From positions 18,995 to 82,994 of the IMG/VR virus record IMGVR_UViG_3300028567_000401: a stretch of DNA of 64,000 nt. The stretch is one strand, 5' to 3'. Position numbers and translations under genes: made by a program. This stretch comes from a virus. Taxonomy: Duplodnaviria > Caudoviricetes. The notes under the pieces were generated by a model, which ran no database searches, was not told the DNA's origin, and saw only the letters and a list, made by a program, of their open reading frames with translations. Below are positions 28,857-37,979 of this stretch, piece after piece (position 1 is the first letter of the stretch; every line of letters starts with the position of its first letter).

Positions 28857-28896
28857 TAATTTACTATAAATCTATATTATGTTTTGAATACTGGAC

Positions 28897-28927
28897 AAAA
28901 AAAAGGTAGGAATCCCTACCTTTTTTT
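28897..28927. terminator. Bidirectional rho-independent terminator after the sheath gene
   Basis: A8-GGTAGG-AATC-CCTACC-T7. Confidence 0.9.
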
Positions 28928-28941
28928 ATTTTCACTAAGTA

Positions 28942-31797
28942 TTAAATATTCTCAAATGATGCGCCAGTTGGTGTAATTATAAATTCGATATCAATAAATT
29001 CTAATGATCTTGTTGGTTTAATATAAATTTTACCTCTAAGAGTATTTTGATCTATATCTTCTGGATCATTTGATACAACAAGACGGAAGTCATAAAGTCC
29101 TCTTTCTTTTTTAATATTTTCAAGTATTGGATTAACAAGTCTTGTAAATTCTGCTCGTACTTGTTCATCATTCTGTTCAAAAAGCAATCTCACAGCCACT
29201 GCGGCAATAAGTTTTCTTGCTCTTAATAATAATCTTCTTACATTGATTCTATCAAGGGCACTTTCTTTTAGTTGGAGTGTTTTATTACCCCAAATAATTG
29301 GACCAGTATCAGCAAACGTCGCAATTGGATTAATCCTTTCTCTATATAAATCATCTCTTTCATCAAGTGTAAGTTTCTTATATGCCTTAATTGCATTAAC
29401 AATACCTCTAGAATATCCAGCTACAGCAAACCAGGGATATGAAACATTATCTGTTAAAGCAATATTTCTTAAAACTTCTCCAGTTGGCGGAATATAAAGT
29501 TGTGTTGAATTTTCATTATCTCTAATTTGTATCCAGGGCCAATATGTGGCTGAATAGTTTGAATCAAGATTTACGGTATCGAGAAGTCCAATAATATCAT
29601 CTACTGTAGTTGCATAACCCGGTGCTGATATTATATACAGTGAATCTGCTCGATCTTTTTCAACCATATCAATAGATTCTTCGGTTAATGATGAATGATC
29701 ATAAAAATTTATTCCGGGTGTTGCAAAAATATTAATGTCAACAGCTTCAGCATTAGCGAATGTTTGTATACCTGTTAAATATGCGTAATAATCTGAATTA
29801 CCAACTGTGTCATTAAAACATCCGCCATTACTAAAATTATTATCATCATATGTAATTTTACCAAATTTATATTCATCACCAAATGTTCTAACATTTCGGT
29901 AAATATCCCATCCATCAAACCCACCCGCTAGAGCAAGTGTGAATTTACGATAGATTTTATCTTTTAATTTATTGTTATCACCGCCAGTTTGTCCTTCTAA
30001 ATCATATGGTGTACAATCAAATTCAAATCCAGTAATTGTTGAGCCAGTTATAGTAGATGCTTGAGATGATAGATGAAATCCTGGTGTTGTTGTTAAAGAT
30101 GCTAGTTGTTCAGGATCTCCTTTATATTTGAATAAACTTAAATCATATCCTGTTTGATTTGATAATCCTAACATAACTTTTCTAAGTTTATCTCCAGAAA
30201 AATCAACAGGTGTTCCATCCCAATTATATCTAACTATATCTCCAGCATTATAATATTTTGTCTTATATTTAATTCCGCCTAATACTGCTCCACCATTAAG
30301 TGAACCAGCTGTAAATCCTCTAAATCCTGCAGGAATTGCATCAACAGGATGATCATTAGACATTTCAAGCATAATATATTTTGATCTAAGTTTATATTGT
30401 CCATCTGTAGTACCAATTCTTAATGCAACGTAGCCAGGTAAATCTGGATTCATTGAACATCTTGAGAATCTTTCAAGTGCAACAATATTATCATCAGTAT
30501 CATAAAAATCACGTACTAAGATATCAAATTCAGCTGTTTCAAGATCGATATTTACTATACTTATTTTAATTTGTGTGTTCGATGCATCACCATCAGAAAT
30601 AGATATAACTCTGAATAAGTCAGCAACAATTCCGCCACGTACTTCAGAGACCACATATGGAGATGCTGATGTTTTCCATTCAGTTAAAAAGTCTTTATTA
30701 ACATTATGTACAACTGGTGTAAGACTTAATCCTCTTATTAATCCACGATCTTTTAATGATCGAACCAAATTTGGATATGATTCAAAGACATAAAGTGGAT
30801 ATTGTTCTTCATTTTTATCAAATACCCCGGTTCCTAATACCTTAGAAATATATTTAGTTGAAGAATCATTTAAAGAACATATAAATGAATGTGTTTGCCC
30901 GCTTTCACCATCTGTTGTAACAGTAATTGTAAATTCGCCAAAAGGATTTGTTAAAATTGTTTCACTATTTAATGTTACTCCAGTTTGGGTAGTTATTTGT
31001 AAATTTAATTTCGAATGAACGTATGAACCTCGTGATCTAAGAGCAGCAACTGCAATTTTATCATATGTTTTTTCTGCAACATCATATGTAAATCTAGTTA
31101 CGTTAAATTCTCCTGAAGATTCGGAATATACGAACAAATATGAATAAATTTCATTGTCATTTTCATTATAAAAATTATTATACCAAGCAAAGTTAGTAAC
31201 ATCTCCAATTGGACCGGTAATTTTTAAAGATGCAGTTAATTCTGATGTGGCAGATGATGGAACAAATCCTATGGTAAACCATTCACCATTAGCATATGAT
31301 TTTTTGATTATATAATTAGTAACTGAAAAACCATCTACTGCAGTTTTACCTGATAATTCAGAATAAAAACTACTTTGTGTCATACCAGTTAATGTGGGTA
31401 TAAAAGAATTATTATCTTCTATTCTATCAGGAACTGATGTTGAATCAAAAACAGGTGCACCTAATGTTACAATACCATAAGTTTTATCAGGTCTATATCC
31501 TGTTAAACCAAGTATTCTTGTCACAAATAATTGATTAGATTCTTGTAAGTATGATTTGGCAAAATAAGGAAGTTCATATGATGGATTTCCATTACCATCT
31601 TTTTTCGGTGATGTTGATCCAAAATATGTACGAAACTCATTAAAATTTGTTATCAGAACAGGTTCAAATGCAGGACCCTTTAATGTTTCACCTACCATAC
31701 CTAATGTTGTTACGCCAACACTTTGCGCTACGAATGTTAAATCTTTCTCAGATGTGTATACACCCGGAGAAACAAAAACTCTATTTGATGTTGCCAT
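28942..31797 (-). CDS. Tail sheath protein (T4 gp18-like)
   Basis: FVSPGVYTSEKD, GETLKGPAFEP, YPWFAVAGYSRG, WGNKTL, RINVRRLL, FEQND, IYIKPTRSLEFI. Confidence 0.95.
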   Translation of the reverse strand: MATSNRVFVSPGVYTSEKDLTFVAQSVGVTTLGMVGETLKGPAFEPVLITNFNEFRTYFGSTSPKKDGNGNPSYELPYFAKSYLQESNQLFVTRILGLTGYRPDKTYGIVTLGAPVFDSTSVPDRIEDNNSFIPTLTGMTQSSFYSELSGKTAVDGFSVTNYIIKKSYANGEWFTIGFVPSSATSELTASLKITGPIGDVTNFAWYNNFYNENDNEIYSYLFVYSESSGEFNVTRFTYDVAEKTYDKIAVAALRSRGSYVHSKLNLQITTQTGVTLNSETILTNPFGEFTITVTTDGESGQTHSFICSLNDSSTKYISKVLGTGVFDKNEEQYPLYVFESYPNLVRSLKDRGLIRGLSLTPVVHNVNKDFLTEWKTSASPYVVSEVRGGIVADLFRVISISDGDASNTQIKISIVNIDLETAEFDILVRDFYDTDDNIVALERFSRCSMNPDLPGYVALRIGTTDGQYKLRSKYIMLEMSNDHPVDAIPAGFRGFTAGSLNGGAVLGGIKYKTKYYNAGDIVRYNWDGTPVDFSGDKLRKVMLGLSNQTGYDLSLFKYKGDPEQLASLTTTPGFHLSSQASTITGSTITGFEFDCTPYDLEGQTGGDNNKLKDKIYRKFTLALAGGFDGWDIYRNVRTFGDEYKFGKITYDDNNFSNGGCFNDTVGNSDYYAYLTGIQTFANAEAVDINIFATPGINFYDHSSLTEESIDMVEKDRADSLYIISAPGYATTVDDIIGLLDTVNLDSNYSATYWPWIQIRDNENSTQLYIPPTGEVLRNIALTDNVSYPWFAVAGYSRGIVNAIKAYKKLTLDERDDLYRERINPIATFADTGPIIWGNKTLQLKESALDRINVRRLLLRARKLIAAVAVRLLFEQNDEQVRAEFTRLVNPILENIKKERGLYDFRLVVSNDPEDIDQNTLRGKIYIKPTRSLEFIDIEFIITPTGASFENI

Positions 31798-31928
31798 TGA
31801 TTATTATTTAGTTAATTTTATTTATTATTGTTATTATCAATAAATATCTTTATTTTCATCAAAGATTTCCATTATAAAAAATTAAAAGATAATAATTTAT
31901 CTTTTTTTATCTATATTTATCTTATGAA

Positions 31929-32114
31929 ATGACGAGGGATTGTAAAAATATTAAAATCAGTCAAAAACATCATGAAATTTTAAAAACCTATTGCGATAAA
32001 ACCGGAATGAGAATGTATCGCGTAATAGAAAAATGGATTGATGAGATTAATAAAGGGAAAAAAGATGATAATATTAAATCAAAGAAAAAAGATATCTATG
32101 GTGAAGATACGTAA
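31929..32114 (+). CDS. Ribbon-helix-helix DNA-binding protein, divergent from the sheath gene
   Basis: KNIKISQKHHEILKTYCDKTGMRMYRVIEKWID fits the RHH strand-helix-G-helix pattern. Confidence 0.7.
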   Translation: MTRDCKNIKISQKHHEILKTYCDKTGMRMYRVIEKWIDEINKGKKDDNIKSKKKDIYGEDT

Positions 32115-32115
32115 A

Positions 32116-33366
32116 TTAAATTAAATAAACAATACCAATATTAGAACCCACTACTGGTTCATATTTATATGTCACATCTTTACCACTCCAAGTAAATCCA
32201 TTATTTTCTTCTTCCACAAGCCCATTTGTTTCAACATATATAATATCTACAATATCATGTTCTACTGTAAAAGTTAATGATGAGCCATCATAAACAAAAT
32301 ATTCATTTTTAATATGAAGTATTCGTCCATAAGAATCCTGAAAAACGCCACCTTTTCCTGCAAAATATAAAACTGTTATATTACTCCCTGGTGCGGGTGG
32401 TGTTACAAACGTAATTCTAGATGTACCATTTATCCAATAATATCCAATATCTTTTTGTTCTACAAGACCATTAATAGCAACGAAAAATAAATAACTAATA
32501 CTTTCTCCAACATTAAATGTTGTTTGTACGCCATTACCAACAAATGTAGCTGTTGTAATATCAATTGATTTACCAGCTATTTTTTTGGCAACATTTTTTT
32601 GTCCCATAAATTCGTGCATTAATATCATTCTAGCTATTGCTGGTTTTACTTCAAATTCTTCAGAATCAATTAAGAATCCTAATAATGTGAAATCATATGT
32701 TTGTAAATAAAATCTACGATTTTCTAAATTATCAATAGGTGAATTATCACTAATATTATTTAAAATAATTGGAATATAGTGTCCTTTTACAACAGTATAA
32801 GATTGTCTAGAAGCAAATTTTTGTAAAACAATTTTATTAAACTTATTAAGATCTCTAAATTTTTGACAAACAAATATAACTTCATATCCGATATCAATGG
32901 GAACTGGTTGTGGTATTTTATATACATCAGCACCATTCATATGACCATCCCAAGTTTTAACAGCAGCATAATGAAAATTTCGCCTATCAGGAATAGTTTT
33001 TTGTATCATAGGGTGGGTACCAGGTTGAACATCTGGTTTTCTTACAACACCAATAAAGGGAACTTTCATATTGCCATCTTCATCTGAAAATGTCCATGTA
33101 TTAGAAATTTCTGACCATCGTTGTATTGTTAATATCTTAGGAATTACTGGAATTTTATTACCATCTGATACTACATTTAAATAAGTATTAACAAATTCTA
33201 ACATTCCTTTATCCAAATCATCATGTAAAATATCATCTGGTAAATACGTATCAGATTTTATTATTTTATCAAGTAATTCCTGTCGTCTTTCTAATCCTTC
33301 TTTAGACGATGGTTCAGTACCAACTTGTCTATAAACATTTATATTATTTTTTTTAGGTAATGACAT
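32116..33366 (-). CDS. Tail completion/sheath terminator-like protein with two C-terminal beta repeat domains
   Basis: IPQPVPIDIGYEV...FYLQTYDFTLLG; two copies of F.G.G....F.V.....V..NGLVE....Y/F.W....P..GSNI.V.Y. Confidence 0.6.
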   Translation of the reverse strand: MSLPKKNNINVYRQVGTEPSSKEGLERRQELLDKIIKSDTYLPDDILHDDLDKGMLEFVNTYLNVVSDGNKIPVIPKILTIQRWSEISNTWTFSDEDGNMKVPFIGVVRKPDVQPGTHPMIQKTIPDRRNFHYAAVKTWDGHMNGADVYKIPQPVPIDIGYEVIFVCQKFRDLNKFNKIVLQKFASRQSYTVVKGHYIPIILNNISDNSPIDNLENRRFYLQTYDFTLLGFLIDSEEFEVKPAIARMILMHEFMGQKNVAKKIAGKSIDITTATFVGNGVQTTFNVGESISYLFFVAINGLVEQKDIGYYWINGTSRITFVTPPAPGSNITVLYFAGKGGVFQDSYGRILHIKNEYFVYDGSSLTFTVEHDIVDIIYVETNGLVEEENNGFTWSGKDVTYKYEPVVGSNIGIVYLI

Positions 33367-33367
33367 A

Positions 33368-33883
33368 TTATATTCCTTTAAATTCGTTTTCTTGTACTGG
33401 TGAACATATTATTGTTCTATATGATGGTTTGTATCCAAAATGATGATGTTTATTATCGGCATTAACTTTACCATCATTAATAACATTATAATATCTAATT
33501 CTTTTTTCACTATCAGCATATCCAATATAATCACCAAATTTTATATCTACTCCCAGATCTTCTAATGTTTTTGTGTAAACAGAAACAATCATATTTCCTG
33601 GTTCAAGGTATCTTAATAAGCCAGTTTTATATGATTTATTTTCAGCTAGAACAACATGTACAAGAGCATTAATTTCAATTGGCGGTTTAAATTTAATTTC
33701 ATCTCTTCCAATTTCACCATATATATCATCAGTATCTGTTATAACCCTATCAACTTGATAAAGAACTATTTTCATATTCAGATCACCATGTAAATATTCC
33801 ATACCCATTTGTATATGTAAATTATAGTCATCTTCAGAAAAGAATTTTGATAATCTTGTTATAGGAAGTCGATTTTCCGCCAT
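33368..33883 (-). CDS. Neck / head-closure protein (gp14-like)
   Basis: DDIYGE...KFKPPIEINALV...LEDLGVDIKFGDYI. Confidence 0.65.
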   Translation of the reverse strand: MAENRLPITRLSKFFSEDDYNLHIQMGMEYLHGDLNMKIVLYQVDRVITDTDDIYGEIGRDEIKFKPPIEINALVHVVLAENKSYKTGLLRYLEPGNMIVSVYTKTLEDLGVDIKFGDYIGYADSEKRIRYYNVINDGKVNADNKHHHFGYKPSYRTIICSPVQENEFKGI

Positions 33884-33959
33884 TATAATATTTCATTATT
33901 ATATAATAAATACTTTATATTTCTTTTCTATTTATGTATATTATAAAATATTAATAAAC

Positions 33960-35705
33960 ATGGCAATACTCGAAATTGAAGCAAGAAACATTCTATCAGG
34001 ATATACCGGTGCCAATAATCAGTTGATAGAATGGAAAATGAAGCTTTTAACAACAAAAAATTTTAAATTAACTCGAACACAATCAGAATACGTTTTAAAA
34101 TATTATCAGACAATACCAAAAGTTGCTAGAAAATATATAAACATTGTTATTTCATTTGGTGAAAGACTTCAAGAAGAAAAATTATTACCAAAACCAGTTG
34201 AAAAAATATGGTGTGAAAAACTTTTATGTGAAACTGATAAAGCATACCATATTTGGGGTAAATTTTTTGATTCCGAGAGGCTTCATGCATTTTGGTTACC
34301 TAAAGGGGCAATTTTAAGGCCAGAAAAGAAATTGGATTATATTATTGATTATTCCAAATATAATGTTCGGCCACCATTTCCACATCAAAAAGTTGCTATA
34401 GAAAAACTTTTAGCAAATGACAGATTTATTTTAGCTGATGATATGGGATTAATGAAAACAGGTTCATCAATTATTGCATCGTTAGAAAGTGGTGCAAAGA
34501 AAATTCTTATTGTGTGCCCCGCATCACTTAAAAGAAATTGGAAAAGAGAAATAGAAATTTATACTAACAAAAGAGTATTAATAGTTGAAGGAAGAAAATG
34601 GGGTTCTACATTTGATTATTATATTATTAATTATGATATATTAAAAAATTATCATGTTATTGATAAAAAAAATGAAAGTTTAAATGATAATTTAATTAAA
34701 AATGAAAATTTTGACTTAGCAATAATTGATGAGTCTCATTATCTTAGTAATATTTCTGCAAATAGAACAAAACTCATGAATGATATTCTTAAAACCATAC
34801 CCAAAGTTTGGTTATTAACTGGTACACCAATAACAAATCATCCAATTAATTATTATAATCTATTAAAAATTGTTGATTCACCTGTGGCTCTGAATTGGCA
34901 ACATTATGTAAAGAGATACTGTAGGGGATATAGAATGAAAATTGGTAATAGAACTATATGGAATACTAGTGGAGCATCTAATCTTGATGAGTTAAGAGAG
35001 AGGACAAAAGATATATTATTACGAAGATTAAAAACAGATATACTTGATTTACCAGAAAAAATCGTATCAACAATTCAATTAGAACTTCAAAGCACATATT
35101 ACAATGAAGAACTAGATGAATTTATGAAAATTACCAAAGAACAGAAAGATCATGAAAGTATTACTATAACTATTAATAGACTTATGAAGGTGAGACAAGT
35201 AATCGCATATGAAAAAATACCATATACTTGTGAATTAATAGATAAAGCATTAGAAATGGACAAAAAAGTTATTGTTTTCAGTAATTTTACAATGCCATTA
35301 GATACGTTATATGAAAAATATCCAAAAAAATCTGTAATTTTTGATGGTAGAATGAACTCAGAGAAAAAAAATCAAGCTGAAATTAAATTTCAGAACGATC
35401 CTAAAATAAAAATAATGTTTGCAAATATTGTAGCCGGCGGATTAGGTTTAAATTTAACCGCTGCCGAAATTGTTATTATGAATGATTTATCTTTTGTACC
35501 ATCACACCATACCCAAGCTGAAGATCGTGCATATAGACATGGACAGATAAAAAATGTTATTGTTTATTATCCATTATTTGAAAATACAATTGAACAAATA
35601 GTTTATAATATTCTTAATAGGAAGAAAAATAATATTGATCAAGTCATGGGTGATGGTGAATATTCTGAAACTTTTGCAAAAGAACTAATTAATCAATTGA
35701 TTTAA
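33960..35705 (+). CDS. SNF2/SWI2-family helicase with a variant Walker A (MGLMKT)
   Basis: LADDMGLMKT, IVCPASLKRNW, IIDESH, LTGTP, GLNLTAA, QAEDRAYRHGQ. Confidence 0.9.
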   Translation: MAILEIEARNILSGYTGANNQLIEWKMKLLTTKNFKLTRTQSEYVLKYYQTIPKVARKYINIVISFGERLQEEKLLPKPVEKIWCEKLLCETDKAYHIWGKFFDSERLHAFWLPKGAILRPEKKLDYIIDYSKYNVRPPFPHQKVAIEKLLANDRFILADDMGLMKTGSSIIASLESGAKKILIVCPASLKRNWKREIEIYTNKRVLIVEGRKWGSTFDYYIINYDILKNYHVIDKKNESLNDNLIKNENFDLAIIDESHYLSNISANRTKLMNDILKTIPKVWLLTGTPITNHPINYYNLLKIVDSPVALNWQHYVKRYCRGYRMKIGNRTIWNTSGASNLDELRERTKDILLRRLKTDILDLPEKIVSTIQLELQSTYYNEELDEFMKITKEQKDHESITITINRLMKVRQVIAYEKIPYTCELIDKALEMDKKVIVFSNFTMPLDTLYEKYPKKSVIFDGRMNSEKKNQAEIKFQNDPKIKIMFANIVAGGLGLNLTAAEIVIMNDLSFVPSHHTQAEDRAYRHGQIKNVIVYYPLFENTIEQIVYNILNRKKNNIDQVMGDGEYSETFAKELINQLI

Positions 35706-36693
35706 GTTCAGATAAAAATTCAGTTAAAATATTCAATAAATTCGGATCATCATATTCTATTAAAGTACATCTAACAATTTTTTCCCCATCATCATCTTCA
35801 AATCCAATGTAATTTGTGGTGACACCTTCTTTAATTAGAAAATGGAATGGAATTCGTTTATTATAACAAATTTTATTAATCTCTATTAATGCGTTTGTTA
35901 TTTCAATATTCTCTATTTTCATTATTTTTATTTTAAATTTTTTATGAATTCTAAATTTATTATTAATTTGACGACATTCAGGATCATTTGAAATAGGTGA
36001 ACATCGAAAAAAGTAAATATATTCGCCATCATCAATTGATATATATTTAACGTTATTTCTATAATGTTCGCTATAATACAAATTAAACCAAAAATAATCT
36101 CCATCTATTTTTGGTTTGCTCAATTTATGTGATTTATGTTGAACGCCATAAATTTTATCTGATAATACAATAAAATCAATCCCCTTATCCATATCTAAAA
36201 TATTGCCTCTATATAAATTGAATTGATATCTAGTTGATTTATTTTTTTGATTGGCATGTAAAGTAAATATTGTGGATAACATTGATATTACACCATAATT
36301 CCATGTAAACTGAGTTATATAAAACAATTCATTAAAAATGAATGAATTAGGATTAAGAATTTTGTCGCGAGAATTAATAAAATAATTTTCAAATAGTTTT
36401 TTAAATTTATTTAGATTGGTTTTATATAAATCAAATGTCAATTTTTCTTGAAATTTATTATTAAAATAATTAATTAATAGGTTAATACATGAATAATTTG
36501 TATTTATTGTGTTTAGCCAAGACCAAATCCATTGGTCTAAAATAAGTTGTAAAATGCCAATGTGACCATTTTTTTCATAATAATCAACGCGATATTTAGA
36601 GTTGTGACCAAAATTATATGACAAAATAACATTTGTTATTATATCTTTTAATATCTTTTTATTTGTAATGATTTGAACTTCATTTATCGTCAT
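35689..36693 (-). CDS. Orphan protein with a PD-(D/E)xK-like nuclease motif
   Basis: LDMDKGIDFIVLSDKIYGVQHK. Confidence 0.45.
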   Translation of the reverse strand: MTINEVQIITNKKILKDIITNVILSYNFGHNSKYRVDYYEKNGHIGILQLILDQWIWSWLNTINTNYSCINLLINYFNNKFQEKLTFDLYKTNLNKFKKLFENYFINSRDKILNPNSFIFNELFYITQFTWNYGVISMLSTIFTLHANQKNKSTRYQFNLYRGNILDMDKGIDFIVLSDKIYGVQHKSHKLSKPKIDGDYFWFNLYYSEHYRNNVKYISIDDGEYIYFFRCSPISNDPECRQINNKFRIHKKFKIKIMKIENIEITNALIEINKICYNKRIPFHFLIKEGVTTNYIGFEDDDGEKIVRCTLIEYDDPNLLNILTEFLSELKSID

Positions 36694-36732
36694 AATAATA
36701 AAATATACGATATTTATTAATAAAAATCAAAT

Positions 36733-37857
36733 ATGTCTGTAACAGTAATAAGCGGAGAAGAACGAGAAAAACTATTTACACAAGTTTTACATCTATTAGG
36801 CTCTCCAGTTCGTGGAATTGAATTAACTGAAGAACAAATGGACTCACTTTTAGAACTTGCAATATCAGAGTATGAACAATATGTTAATGATTGGTTAATT
36901 GAATCGCAATGGACATCATTAGCAAATATTAATGTAGAAACACAATCTTTAGCAAGAGCATTTGTAACTAGGAATCTAGATTATATGACACAATATTCAC
37001 ACGCTTATTCAAAAATAGTGGGATTACAAGCTGGAGGTACATCAGAATTAAAAAAGGATATGTTTTATTTAGTTCCGGGGCAACAAATGTATCAAATTCC
37101 TGCTGGTAGAGAAATAAATGAATTATTATGGTTTACTAGAGCAGAATTAACCGATTCAATTATAGATCCATTTCTTGGTGGATTTGGTGGGCTTGGTGGA
37201 GTTGGATTTGGTGGCGTGGGTGGTTTTGCACAAGTTGGAGTATCAGGATCTTATTTTATGTTGCCGGCATATGATCTTTTATTAAGAATGCAAGATAGAA
37301 ATCTAAAAAATAGATTAATTGGTGGTGAATTAACTTATAGAATCACACATGGTCCAAATGGAACCAAGTGGATACATTTATATAATACACCTGGCGGCAG
37401 ATTTGATTTCGGATCAATTAGAATGAACAATTATGCTGTATGGTACTGGTATTATGATACTGAAATTGTAGATTCTTGTTTAGATAAAAGCAAATATAGT
37501 GATATAGCTAAATTACCATCAGATATTGATACCGAAAAATTAACGTGGTCGACATTAAATGGACCTGCGCAGAATTGGGTAAGAAAATATTTTATATCAT
37601 ATTGTAAAGAAGCATTAGCAAGAATATGGGGTAAATTTTCGGGTGATTTACAAGTACCTGATAGTCAAATCAAATTAGATTATCAAACTTTATTAACAGA
37701 AGCGAAAGATGATAGAATAAAAATGGTTGAAGAATTAATAAATAGATTAGAAAGACTTCGACCGGATAAAATGCTTGAAAGAACCGCAAATGAAGCTAAA
37801 TTTTTAAATGAAAGTATGAAATACAGACCAATGGTTTATCCAATTCAAGTTATTTAA
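36733..37857 (+). CDS. Neck / head-tail adaptor protein (gp13-like)
   Basis: LGSPVRGIELTEEQMD..LELAI; C-terminal WVRKYFISYCKEALARIWGKF. Confidence 0.7.
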   Translation: MSVTVISGEEREKLFTQVLHLLGSPVRGIELTEEQMDSLLELAISEYEQYVNDWLIESQWTSLANINVETQSLARAFVTRNLDYMTQYSHAYSKIVGLQAGGTSELKKDMFYLVPGQQMYQIPAGREINELLWFTRAELTDSIIDPFLGGFGGLGGVGFGGVGGFAQVGVSGSYFMLPAYDLLLRMQDRNLKNRLIGGELTYRITHGPNGTKWIHLYNTPGGRFDFGSIRMNNYAVWYWYYDTEIVDSCLDKSKYSDIAKLPSDIDTEKLTWSTLNGPAQNWVRKYFISYCKEALARIWGKFSGDLQVPDSQIKLDYQTLLTEAKDDRIKMVEELINRLERLRPDKMLERTANEAKFLNESMKYRPMVYPIQVI

Positions 37858-37979
37858 TAATGTCATATTAACATTAAAATTGAAAATTTGAGAAAATTAT
37901 CACCAAAAGAATTTGATTCTATATTCTAAAAAACGCTTTCAAAATTTTTAATCACAAAAATTTTATTTATATTTTAGTA

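Noticed and set aside
28378-28895. IStron (group I intron plus IS607)
   Set aside because: The element is intergenic and I see no group I core upstream of tnpA; only ~40 nt separate its promoter from the sheath terminator
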